Source: Solirubrobacterales bacterium (lineage in GTDB: Bacteria > Actinomycetota > Thermoleophilia > Solirubrobacterales > 70-9). From it: DNA of 64,000 bases. The stretch covers positions 52,818 through 116,817 of the forward strand of contig JAWVEY010000008.1 of NCBI GenBank assembly GCA_033856515.1, given 5' to 3'. The notes beneath the pieces are model-generated. The model had not been told where the DNA came from. It searched no databases and saw only the letters and a list, made by a program, of their open reading frames with translations. A program made the translations under genes and the position numbers. Below are positions 34,784 to 46,594 of the stretch, piece by piece (positions within the stretch are counted from its first letter, which is position 1; each line of letters starts with the position of its first letter).

Positions 34784-36663
34784 CAGCTAGGCGGGTTCTC
34801 CTCGGACTCTTCGTCAGCGGCAGGCTCTTGCTCAGCAGCTTCCTCCACTGCTTCCTCGGTGCCGGGGGCCTCAGCGATCTGGGCTTCGTCGGCCTCGGGA
34901 TCGTCCTCGACCTCTTCGGCGGGGGACACAGCGTCGACTGTGGGGACAGGCACCTCGTCTCCGGCAGGCTCATCTGCCTCGGCAGCGTCGGAGCCAGTCC
35001 CCGCACTCGGCTCTTCCTCGGCAGCCTCGTCGACCGCTTCCTCGGAACCGGGCGCTTCTGCGATCTCCGCTTCCTCCGCTGCAGGCTCGGCCTCCTCGAC
35101 GACTTCCTCGCCCTCGGGCTCGTCGTCAGCAGCTTCCTCCTCGGCGGCAGGCTCAGGCTCTTCAGCGGGCTCTACCTCCTCGGCGGGGGGCTCGACCTCG
35201 CCGGCCAGCGGTGTCTCTTCAGCCGGGGCGGCCTCGTCTTCACGCGCCTCGGCGCCGTCGGCCTGGCCCTCGTCGACTTCGGTGTCGTCGCTGAAGGCCG
35301 CCTCTGCCTTGGCCACGATCTCGGCGATCTGGGCTTCGTCGCCCTCCGGGTCGGCCAGGATCCCGATTTCGTCGTCGGAGAGGGCCTCGAGCACGGCGAC
35401 CTTGTTGGTGCCGAAGCGGGTGAGGGACTGATGTTGCGGCAGGCCGCAGTACCGCGAGCCCGCGAGCGACGCGTTGGGGCAGCGACGACCGGTCGAGGTG
35501 ATCGCGCCGCAGCGGCCGTCGTCGGCCTCTCCTTCGCCCTCGATGTCGCCGGCGTCCTCCTGCGAGAAGTCGGTCTCGGACTTGATGTCGACCTTCCAGC
35601 CGGTCAGCTTTGCGGCGAGGCGAGCGTTCTGACCCTCGCGGCCGATCGCGAGCGAGAGCTGATCGTCGGGGACGATGACGGTCGCCTCCTTCGTCTCGTC
35701 ATCGACGATGACCTCGCGGACGCGGGCGGGTGAAAGCGCCTTGGCGACGAACCGGGCGGGCTCGTCGTTGTGGGGAATGATGTCGATCTTCTCGCCGCGG
35801 AGCTCGGAAACGACCATGCGGACTCGCGAGCCTCGCGGCCCGACGCAGGCACCGACCGGGTCGACGCCGTCGGCATGGGAGATGACCGCGATCTTTGAGC
35901 GGAAGCCCGGCTCGCGGGCGACGCCGACGATCTCGACGAGGTCGTCGGCGATCTCGGGCACCTCGAGCTCAAAGAGCTCCTTGATCAGCTCGGGACTGCG
36001 GCGCGAGACGACGATCGATGGCCCCTTGCCCTCGGCCGAGACGTCCGTGATGACCGCCTTGACGCGCATGCCGTGGTCGTAGCGCTCGTTCCAGACCTGC
36101 TCCGAGCGGGGGAGCAGCGCCTCGACGCGCTCGCGAAGCTGCACGAGCGTGTACCGGTTGTCGGACTGCTGGATGATCCCGGTGACCAGCTCGCCGACCC
36201 GGTCCTGGTACTCGTCGAACATGATCTGGCGCTCGGCTTCGCGGACGCGTTGAAGCATCACCTGCTTGAAGGTCTGCGCGGCGATACGCCCGAGGTCGTC
36301 GGCGAAGTCGGCCGGCGTCACGTCGCGGGTCTGAATCTGGTCCTCATAAGGCGCCAGCAGTTCAGGATCGAGCTCGGGCTCTTCGGGCTCGCGCATCTCG
36401 CCCGTCTCGGGATCGATGGTCGGCTCCTGCTGCTCCGCGACCTGGGCGAGGAGCTTCTCCTCCAGCTCTGGCGGCAGGATCAGCTCGAAGACCTTGAAGT
36501 CAGCCGTCTCGTGGTCGATCTCGGCACGCGCATAGCGGGCGGAATCAGGCTTCTTGCGGTAAGCGGAGAGGAGGGCATCCTCGAGTGCCGACATGAGGAT
36601 GTCGGACTCGATGCCCTTCTCGTCGGCCAGTTCCTTGATCGCGTCGATCACTTCCCGGCTCAC
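34783..36663 (-). CDS. nusA: transcription termination/antitermination factor NusA with ~260-aa C-terminal extension
   Basis: NTD, S1, KH1 and KH2 up to ~residue 362 (GPRGSRV, GREGQNARLA). Then a Cys-rich segment and an E/A/P-rich acidic tail. The TGA overlaps the infB ATG (TGATG). Confidence 0.93.
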   Translation of the reverse strand: MSREVIDAIKELADEKGIESDILMSALEDALLSAYRKKPDSARYARAEIDHETADFKVFELILPPELEEKLLAQVAEQQEPTIDPETGEMREPEEPELDPELLAPYEDQIQTRDVTPADFADDLGRIAAQTFKQVMLQRVREAERQIMFDEYQDRVGELVTGIIQQSDNRYTLVQLRERVEALLPRSEQVWNERYDHGMRVKAVITDVSAEGKGPSIVVSRRSPELIKELFELEVPEIADDLVEIVGVAREPGFRSKIAVISHADGVDPVGACVGPRGSRVRMVVSELRGEKIDIIPHNDEPARFVAKALSPARVREVIVDDETKEATVIVPDDQLSLAIGREGQNARLAAKLTGWKVDIKSETDFSQEDAGDIEGEGEADDGRCGAITSTGRRCPNASLAGSRYCGLPQHQSLTRFGTNKVAVLEALSDDEIGILADPEGDEAQIAEIVAKAEAAFSDDTEVDEGQADGAEAREDEAAPAEETPLAGEVEPPAEEVEPAEEPEPAAEEEAADDEPEGEEVVEEAEPAAEEAEIAEAPGSEEAVDEAAEEEPSAGTGSDAAEADEPAGDEVPVPTVDAVSPAEEVEDDPEADEAQIAEAPGTEEAVEEAAEQEPAADEESEENPPS

Positions 36664-37109
36664 GACTCACCTCCAAATCCAAATTCGCCTATTAAGTTGG
36701 ACCGCTCGACGCCGTCGAGCGGGATGCGTACGAGCGTCCCCCCAGTCGCCGCGACGGTGACGGTCTCGTCATCCGCGTCGGCCAGCGTGCCCTTGAAGTT
36801 GCGCTGCCCTTCGATCGCGTCGTGCGTCTTCACGCGAACCTTGCGACCCAGGAAGCGCCTGAAGTGCTCCGGCTTGGTCAGCGGCCGGTCCTCGCCTGGC
36901 GATGAGACCTCGAGCGAGTAGTTCTCGTTGAGGTCGCGAAGCTGATTGGTTACCGCCTCACAAAGGGCCAGATCGACGCCTCCGGGCCGGTCGATGAAGA
37001 CGCGAATGGTGCCGGCGGACGGCCGCTCGAGCGCAATGAGCTCGACATCCGGGTCGAACTCCCGGATGCGCTCCTCAATCGTCTTGCTCAGCTTGTCTTG
37101 CGTACCCAT
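36660..37109 (-). CDS. rimP: ribosome maturation factor RimP
   Basis: 149 aa with LEVSSPGEDRPL. Immediately upstream of nusA, with a 4-nt overlap. Confidence 0.9.
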   Translation of the reverse strand: MGTQDKLSKTIEERIREFDPDVELIALERPSAGTIRVFIDRPGGVDLALCEAVTNQLRDLNENYSLEVSSPGEDRPLTKPEHFRRFLGRKVRVKTHDAIEGQRNFKGTLADADDETVTVAATGGTLVRIPLDGVERSNLIGEFGFGGES

Positions 37110-37156
37110 CTATCTCTCTCGTCGGTTTTCGGCCTCTCCGCTACCCGGTTCAGGCC

Positions 37157-37184
37157 AAAAAATAAGGTGGGCCCGGGCCCACCT
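37157..37184 (-). terminator. intrinsic terminator after dtd
   Basis: Minus strand GGTGGGCCCGGGCCCACC followed by TTATTTTTT. Confidence 0.7.
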
Positions 37185-37263
37185 CGACAGGGTTCGGGTA
37201 CGTAAGAGGTGAAACGAGTATAGCCGCGCTCAGCCAGGCAACAGGCCTGATTTCCAGCCGGGA

Positions 37264-37680
37264 TTACGCCTCCAGAAGGAGCGTCACGGGGCCGTCGTTT
37301 GTGAGTTCCACAGCCATCATCGCGCCGAAGACGCCGCCCTTGGCGCCGAGGCGCTCGCGGAAGCGCTCGTAGAGGGGCTCGGCCTCTTCGGGCCGCGCGG
37401 CGCCCATGTAACTGGGGCGGTTGCCCTTCCGGGTGTCGGCCATCAGCGTGAACTGGCTGACGCAAAGGACCTCTCGCTCACCCAGCGGCTCGTTCATCCG
37501 CCCGTCGGCGTCCTCGAAGATCCGCAGCGCGCGGACTTTGTCCGCCAAACGATCTGTCTGGTCCGGCCCATCGCCGACGCCGACTCCCAGAAGAACCAGG
37601 AGACCCGAGCCGATTGCCGAGACCTCATCGTCCTCGACAAGGACGCGCGCGCTTGATACGCGCTGGACGAGCGCCTTCAC
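37264..37680 (-). CDS. dtd: D-aminoacyl-tRNA deacylase
   Basis: MKALVQRV...SQFTL...GAKGGVFGAMM; size 138 aa. Confidence 0.92.
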   Translation of the reverse strand: MKALVQRVSSARVLVEDDEVSAIGSGLLVLLGVGVGDGPDQTDRLADKVRALRIFEDADGRMNEPLGEREVLCVSQFTLMADTRKGNRPSYMGAARPEEAEPLYERFRERLGAKGGVFGAMMAVELTNDGPVTLLLEA

Positions 37681-37692
37681 GCGACCGGGGAA

Positions 37693-38058
37693 CTACGCCG
37701 CGCGCCGCGCGCGGTCGCGGTAAAGGCGGTAGTCGGTGCGGTGCGGCTGCAGATTCGAGGCGAGCGCGAGGTGATGGCGCGCGCGCTTCGTCTCACCGGT
37801 CATCGTGAGGGCGCGGCCGAGGCAGAAGTGGGCGTAGTCGTTGACCGGCGCAGCTTCGACCACCGCCTCGAACTCGGTCGCGGCCTCGGAAAACTGGCGG
37901 TTGCGGAAGTACGCGCGGCCAAGCGCTTCGCGCACCGAGGTCTTTTCTGGCGCCCGGCGGGCGGCCTCGGCCAGCGGCTCTGCTGCCTCGGCGAACGAGC
38001 CGTCCTCGAGCAGCTCCATCCCCTTGCGATACAGCGTGTACGTGGAGTCAGTCGTCAC
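37693..38058 (-). CDS. TPR-repeat protein
   Basis: TPR-like helices (ALGRAYFRNRQFSEAATEFEAVVEAAP, YAHFCLGRALTMTGE). The track ORF was trimmed to GTG 38058, which overlaps the coaBC stop by 11 nt. The start is uncertain. Confidence 0.55.
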   Translation of the reverse strand: MTTDSTYTLYRKGMELLEDGSFAEAAEPLAEAARRAPEKTSVREALGRAYFRNRQFSEAATEFEAVVEAAPVNDYAHFCLGRALTMTGETKRARHHLALASNLQPHRTDYRLYRDRARRAA

Positions 38059-39298
38059 TCTTCGATTGTACGACTGACCGGAGGCTCGCGACCTCGTCGA
38101 GAACCGCTTCTGCGACCTCTTCCTTGGTGCTCTCCGGAACCGCCTTCTCACCGCCGGCGGTGACGATCGTGACCTCATTCCGCGACGAGTCGAAGCCGAT
38201 CTCGGGGCGCGAGATGTCATTGAAAACGATCGCGTCGAGCCCCTTGCGCGCGAGCTTCTCCCGAGCCCTCGAGATGGCCTCCGCGCCGTGCTCGGCGGCG
38301 AAGCCCACGAGGGTCTGCTCGGGCCGGCGCTTGGCGGCCAGCGATGCGACGACGTCTTCGGTCTCGGTGAGCCGAAGCTCCAAGCCACCGCTGCCCTCGC
38401 GGACGAGCTTGCCCTCGGCCGTCTCGGGCCGGAAGTCTGCAACGGCCGCGGCCATCAAGAGCACGTCCGAATGCGCAAAGGCCTTGCGGCTCGCGTCGGC
38501 CAGCTCGGCCCCGCTCTCGACCGCCACGACGTGCACCTGCGGCGCGATGGGCAGCGCGACGTTGGCGGCGACGAGGGTGACGTCCGCGCCCCGACGGGCC
38601 GCGGCCTCTGCCAAGGCGACTCCCATCCGGCCGCTGGAGCGGTTGCCGATGAAGCGCACGGAGTCGATTGCCTCTCGGGTACCCCCCGCGGTGACGAGCA
38701 CGCGCAGGCCATCCCACGGGCCGGCAGGGCCGGGCAGGGCGGCCTCGACCCGGGCCAGAAGCACTTCGGGCTGAGGCAGCCGGCCCGTTCCGTGCTCGCC
38801 GCGGGATGCGAGCGGGCCTTCGTCCGGCTCGATCACCTCCACTCCACGCTCGCGCAGGAGTTCGAGGTTCCGCTGCGTCGCTGCGTCGCGGTACATGCGG
38901 TCGTTCATCGCGGGAGCGACGAGCCGCGGCGCATCGCAGGCCAGGAAGGACGTGGTCAGCATCGAGTCGGCGACGCCGGCCGCGAGCTTCGAGATCGTGT
39001 TGGCTGAGGCAGGGGCGACCAGGAACGCGTCGCAGCCCTCGGCAAGCGCCAGGTGGCCGATCGGGTCGTGCTTGGGCAGATCCTCCGCGGGCCAGCCGCC
39101 GCGCATCGGGTCCCGGTCCCATTCGGAAATGAGGACGGGGGCACCGACGATCCCCTCGAACGACGCCGCACCAACAAACCGCGTCGCGGACTCGGTCATC
39201 ACTACCCGAACCGCGTGGCCCCGCTTTGTCGCAAGGCGTGCGAGTTCCAGGGCGCGGTACGCCGCAATTCCGCCGGTTACGCCGAGCAGGATCCGCAT
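38048..39298 (-). CDS. coaBC: bifunctional phosphopantothenoylcysteine decarboxylase / synthetase
   Basis: N-terminal flavoprotein domain (LLGVTGGIAAYRA, PAMN) and C-terminal CoaB domain (VRFIGNRSSGRMG). Confidence 0.95.
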   Translation of the reverse strand: MRILLGVTGGIAAYRALELARLATKRGHAVRVVMTESATRFVGAASFEGIVGAPVLISEWDRDPMRGGWPAEDLPKHDPIGHLALAEGCDAFLVAPASANTISKLAAGVADSMLTTSFLACDAPRLVAPAMNDRMYRDAATQRNLELLRERGVEVIEPDEGPLASRGEHGTGRLPQPEVLLARVEAALPGPAGPWDGLRVLVTAGGTREAIDSVRFIGNRSSGRMGVALAEAAARRGADVTLVAANVALPIAPQVHVVAVESGAELADASRKAFAHSDVLLMAAAVADFRPETAEGKLVREGSGGLELRLTETEDVVASLAAKRRPEQTLVGFAAEHGAEAISRAREKLARKGLDAIVFNDISRPEIGFDSSRNEVTIVTAGGEKAVPESTKEEVAEAVLDEVASLRSVVQSKSDD

Positions 39299-39334
39299 GC
39301 AGAGATGGTGCCAGCCCGAGCCGGCTGAGGCGGT

Positions 39335-39565
39335 CTAGCCCTTGTACTCGTAATTAATCTTGCCTTGAGCGAGCTCTTCGAGGGCGATCGTCAGGTAGTT
39401 GCCTGACTTCGTCTCCACCATCGGTGGCGTGTACTCCTCGTAGCTTCCCTCACCCAGTGCGCGGTAGTAGCTATTCAGCTGACGAGCACGCTTAGCGGCC
39501 ACAAGAACGGCGGCGTAATGCGAATCGGTTCGCTCGAGAAGGTTTTCGACTCTTGGCTTGACCAT
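39335..39565 (-). CDS. rpoZ: DNA-directed RNA polymerase subunit omega
   Basis: 76 aa with SHYAAVLVAAKRARQL. Confidence 0.9.
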   Translation of the reverse strand: MVKPRVENLLERTDSHYAAVLVAAKRARQLNSYYRALGEGSYEEYTPPMVETKSGNYLTIALEELAQGKINYEYKG

Positions 39566-39595
39566 TGGCCCTCAGGATACCCGGGCCGAGTGGGG

Positions 39596-40162
39596 TCATC
39601 GGCCGGTCAGTTCGTCCCGCACGATCGCTTCCAGTTCGTCCGCTGCGCGTTCGAGCTCGTCGTTGACGACGACGTGCTTGAACTCCTGCTGGGATTCGAG
39701 CTCGGCCTTTGCGGTCTCGAGCCGGCGCTCGATTGCCTCGGCAGAGTCGGTGCCTCGGCCCGAAAGGCGCTCGGCAAGGACAGCTGGATCCGGGGGCGCG
39801 ATGAAGATCAGGACGGCCTCGTCGCCCATCGCGGCCCGCACCTGCCGCGCGCCCTGGACCTCGATCTCCAGGACGACCGAGGAACCCGCGTCGAGCGTTC
39901 GCTCAATCTCCGAGCGGAGCGTTCCGTAGCGGTTGCCCGAGAAGGTGGCGTGCTCCAGGAAGTCGCCGGCCTCGGCGCGCTCCGCGAACTCGTCGGCAGA
40001 GAGGAAGTGGTAGTCGACGCCGTCTGACTCGCCCTCGCGAGGCTCGCGAGTTGTCGCCGAGATGGAGAGCTCGAGGCCCGGCACTCGCTCTCGCAGGTTG
40101 CGGATGAGGGTGCCCTTGCCGACGCCCGACGGACCGGTGATGACGAAGACGCGCGCAGCCAT
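39596..40162 (-). CDS. gmk: guanylate kinase
   Basis: P-loop GPSGVGKGT and TTREPREGE. Confidence 0.95.
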   Translation of the reverse strand: MAARVFVITGPSGVGKGTLIRNLRERVPGLELSISATTREPREGESDGVDYHFLSADEFAERAEAGDFLEHATFSGNRYGTLRSEIERTLDAGSSVVLEIEVQGARQVRAAMGDEAVLIFIAPPDPAVLAERLSGRGTDSAEAIERRLETAKAELESQQEFKHVVVNDELERAADELEAIVRDELTGR

Positions 40163-40213
40163 TTGCCAATCAAACCCCGCGGGCCGGACGCATGCCCCCT
40201 CAGGGCGCGTGGA

Positions 40214-40549
40214 TTACCTGCGAAGCATCTGGACGAGCTCTGCGCGCTGGCGCTGCGAGAGCCCGCCGATGGTCTTCGACGGAGAGATCCGGCATTGGCC
40301 GAGGATCTTGTTTGCCTTGACCCGGCCGTACTTCGGGACGGCAAGGATCATGTCGAAGACTTTGGCCGTCATGACCCACTCAGGAGGATCGAGAAGAAGC
40401 CCGTCCACCGAGGTCTTACCTGCCTTCAGGTCGCGCTTCAATTGGGCGCGGCGGGTCCGAATGTCGTTCGCCCGCCGGAGTGCCTTCATTCTCTGGTCGT
40501 GTGTCCTCTCGGGGACCGGAGTGGCGGTGTCGGCGGAATTTACGACCAT
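40214..40549 (-). CDS. mihF: integration host factor MihF (actinobacterial type)
   Basis: ANDIRTRRAQLKRDLKAG...KVFDMILAVPKYGRVKANKIL. Conserved position upstream of gmk. Confidence 0.85.
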   Translation of the reverse strand: MVVNSADTATPVPERTHDQRMKALRRANDIRTRRAQLKRDLKAGKTSVDGLLLDPPEWVMTAKVFDMILAVPKYGRVKANKILGQCRISPSKTIGGLSQRQRAELVQMLRR

Positions 40550-40615
40550 GCGAGGGCGCGACTATAGCGCGGCTACGGCCGAGCGGCAAAGAGATTTGGC
40601 CTTAACCAGTCGAAT

Positions 40616-41515
40616 TCAATTCGACCTCAGGTTGAGGTGCAGGGTCGAAGTATCGTCAAGAAGATTCTTCAGGCCGTTTCGGACCCGGATTCCTGCTCCC
40701 GGATCGCGGAAGTTGGCGGTCCCGACGGCGACCAGACCGGCCCCCGACGCCATGAACTCGGCCGCATCCGCCGCCGTCTCGATGCCGCCCATGCCAATCA
40801 CCGCGATCGAAACCGCAGCCGCAACGCGCCGGACCTGCTCGAGTGCGATCGCCCGCACCGCTGGACCGGAGAGACCGCCGCTTCCGGCGCCGAGCCAAGG
40901 CTCCGCTGACCCCGGAGCAAGGCCCGTTGCCCGCAGGGTGTTGATCAGCGAGACACCGTCGGCTCCCGCCTCCTCGGCCGCAACGGCAACCGCCGCGGGG
41001 TCGGCGGTATTCGGCGTCAGCTTCACGATCAGGGGCTTCTCGGTTCGCTCTCGTAGCGCCGTAACCAGAGCGTGCGTTTCGGAGGGCTGCTCGCCGACGA
41101 TGAGGCCGGACTTCACGTTGGGACACGAGACGTTCAGCTCCAGCGCGGCGACCTCGTCGCGCCCGCCGACCCCGTCGACGAGGCGCTCGAAGCCGGCGCG
41201 GTCCGTTGCCATGACCGAGACGATCAGCGGCACCGGCAACTCGGCGAGCTGCGGCAGGTCGTTCGAGAGGAATCCGTCGAGGCCCTTGTTCGGCAGGCCG
41301 ATCGAGTTGATCATCCCGCTCGGCGTCTCATAAAGGCGAGGCGGTGGGTTGCCGGCGCGAGGCTCCGGCGTGATCGTCTTCGAGACGAAGGCGCTGAAGG
41401 GGAAGTCCTCCAGCAGCGCATCCCCAAACGCTCGGCGAGCGGCGATCGCGTCAAAGGTCCCGGAGCCGTTCAGCACCGGATGATCGAGCGAAAGCGAGCC
41501 GATTTCGTAGCTCAT
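40616..41515 (-). CDS. pyrD: dihydroorotate dehydrogenase, class 1B catalytic subunit
   Basis: HPVLNGSGTF, SVMATD, LNVSCPN. Start trimmed to MSYEIG (ATGA overlap with the pyrK stop). Confidence 0.92.
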   Translation of the reverse strand: MSYEIGSLSLDHPVLNGSGTFDAIAARRAFGDALLEDFPFSAFVSKTITPEPRAGNPPPRLYETPSGMINSIGLPNKGLDGFLSNDLPQLAELPVPLIVSVMATDRAGFERLVDGVGGRDEVAALELNVSCPNVKSGLIVGEQPSETHALVTALRERTEKPLIVKLTPNTADPAAVAVAAEEAGADGVSLINTLRATGLAPGSAEPWLGAGSGGLSGPAVRAIALEQVRRVAAAVSIAVIGMGGIETAADAAEFMASGAGLVAVGTANFRDPGAGIRVRNGLKNLLDDTSTLHLNLRSN

Positions 41516-42363
41516 CGATGCCCCGATCCCGCAACGAGCGCCGTTTCGATCTCGTCGGCCCTGACCACCGGCCCGTCGACGCACAGGCGCATGTACCCGC
41601 CGTCGGCCAGAGGGACCGCGCAGCCGAAACAGGCGCCGTAGCCGCACGCCATCGGGGCTTCCATCGCGAGTTCGGCCTGCGCGCCCCGTTCGGCGCAGAT
41701 CGCGCGAACCGCCTCGAGCATCGCGGGGGGTCCACATGCGTAGACCGCCGCGGAGGCCGCGTCGTCGCCCTTGAGCGCGACCTGCAGCAGGTCCGTGACG
41801 TAGCCCTGGTGGCCGCGGTGCCCGTCCTCGAAGGCGAGGCCCACCTCCTGGCAGGCTCCGAAGAGCTCCAGGCCGCCAGAGTGCGCCTCGTCGCGGAAGC
41901 CCAGGAGCGTGCGCCCGGGGATTCCCTGCTCCGTGAGGTGCCGGCGCAGGATCGCGATCGGCGCTACGCCGATGCCGCCGCCGACCATGATCGCGCCGGG
42001 GGCAGCGGGGTTGACTTCGCTCGGCTCGGAGAAGGGACGGCCCAGCGGCCCCGTGATTGTCAGCTCAGCCCGGGCCTCGAGGGATGCCAGAAGCGAGGTG
42101 CCGGGGCCCACGGCCTCGACCAGGAACTCCAGGCGGACGCCGTCAGCGGTGCGCTCGGCCGCGGCGACCGAGAAGGCGCGCGGCAGGAACGGGCGCCCGC
42201 CATGCGAGCCCCAGCCGTCGGAGCGCAACATGTAGAACTGCCCCGGAGCCGGATCCGGGCCGTCGGCATCGAGCGCGGTGAAGACGACGTAGCCGCCCGT
42301 CTCGCGCCGGGCCACGACGTTTGCCGTGCGGGCACCGAAGGGGGCGAGAACCCGCGAGGTCAT
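41512..42363 (-). CDS. pyrK: dihydroorotate dehydrogenase electron-transfer subunit
   Basis: FAD/NAD-binding fold plus C-terminal 2Fe-2S cysteines (CGYGACFGC...C). Confidence 0.9.
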   Translation of the reverse strand: MTSRVLAPFGARTANVVARRETGGYVVFTALDADGPDPAPGQFYMLRSDGWGSHGGRPFLPRAFSVAAAERTADGVRLEFLVEAVGPGTSLLASLEARAELTITGPLGRPFSEPSEVNPAAPGAIMVGGGIGVAPIAILRRHLTEQGIPGRTLLGFRDEAHSGGLELFGACQEVGLAFEDGHRGHQGYVTDLLQVALKGDDAASAAVYACGPPAMLEAVRAICAERGAQAELAMEAPMACGYGACFGCAVPLADGGYMRLCVDGPVVRADEIETALVAGSGHR

Positions 42364-42373
42364 TGACCCTGGC

Positions 42374-45481
<3,108 letters not shown>

Positions 45482-46594
45482 CTAGGCCGCCATCTCCAGG
45501 AACTCGTCGAAGAGGTGGCGCGCATCGTGGGGCCCCGGTCCCGCCTCGGGGTGGTACTGCACGGTGCGCGCCGGTACGTCTTTCAAGACCAGCCCCTCGA
45601 CCGTGCGGTCGTAGAGGTTGAGGTGCGAGAGCTCGGCCGCGCCGAAATCGGTCTCCCACCGCACGGGCTCGTCGGTGTCGATCGTCTGGCCGCCGTCGGG
45701 AAGGCCGACCGCGAAGCCGTGGTTCTGCGAGGTGATCTCGATCCGGCCGGTGGCGAGCTCCTTGACCGGGTGATTCGCCCCGCGGTGACCGAACGGGAGC
45801 TTGAAGGTGTCGAGGCCGACGGCGCGGCAGAGGAGTTGGTGGCCGAGGCAGATGCCGACGACCGGCTTCTTTCCGACGACCTCTCGTACGGTGCCGACGA
45901 CACGGTCGAGGGCGGCGGGGTCGCCGGGGCCGTTGGCGAGGAAGACGAGGTCGGGATCGCGCGCCATGACCTCTTCGGCGCCAGTGGTGCAGGGAAGTAG
46001 CGTCACCTTGGCGCCGCGTTCGCGGAACTGGCGGACGATCGAGAGCTTGATGCCGGTGTCGAGCGCCACCACGTGCGGCCCGTCGCCGTCGATCTCGACT
46101 GGCGCTTCGGGCGAGACCGTGGAGGCGAAGTCGGCGCCGGCCATCGAGGGCTCGGCGGCGATGAGCTCGCGCGCATCGTCCTGTGTCGTGTCGGCACCGA
46201 AGACTCCCCCTCGCATCGCGCCCGCGTCGCGGATGTGGCGGACGAGAGAGCGCGTGTCGACACCGGTGATGGCAGGGATGCCGCAGTCACGGAGCCAGTC
46301 GAGCCAGCCGCGCTCGGCGGTGGCGGAGTCTTCGGAGTTCCGGGCGTCGCGCATGATCGCCGCCCGAGCGTGGATGCGGTCCGATTCCATGGCCTGCTCG
46401 GCGACGCCGTAGTTGCCGATCATCGGATAGGTGAAGGTGATGAGCTGCCCCGCGTACGAGGGGTCGGTCACGGACTCCTGGTAGCCGGTCATCGAGGTGT
46501 TGAAGACAACCTCGCCGACGGCGATCCGGCCCTCGGCGCCGCACATCTCGCCCTCGAAAAGGGTGCCGTCCTCCAGGAGGATGTAGCCGCTCAT
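45482..46594 (-). CDS. carA: carbamoyl-phosphate synthase small (glutaminase) subunit
   Basis: GICLGHQL catalytic Cys motif. Start trimmed to MSGYILLEDG (ATGA overlap with the pyrC stop). Confidence 0.95.
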   Translation of the reverse strand: MSGYILLEDGTLFEGEMCGAEGRIAVGEVVFNTSMTGYQESVTDPSYAGQLITFTYPMIGNYGVAEQAMESDRIHARAAIMRDARNSEDSATAERGWLDWLRDCGIPAITGVDTRSLVRHIRDAGAMRGGVFGADTTQDDARELIAAEPSMAGADFASTVSPEAPVEIDGDGPHVVALDTGIKLSIVRQFRERGAKVTLLPCTTGAEEVMARDPDLVFLANGPGDPAALDRVVGTVREVVGKKPVVGICLGHQLLCRAVGLDTFKLPFGHRGANHPVKELATGRIEITSQNHGFAVGLPDGGQTIDTDEPVRWETDFGAAELSHLNLYDRTVEGLVLKDVPARTVQYHPEAGPGPHDARHLFDEFLEMAA

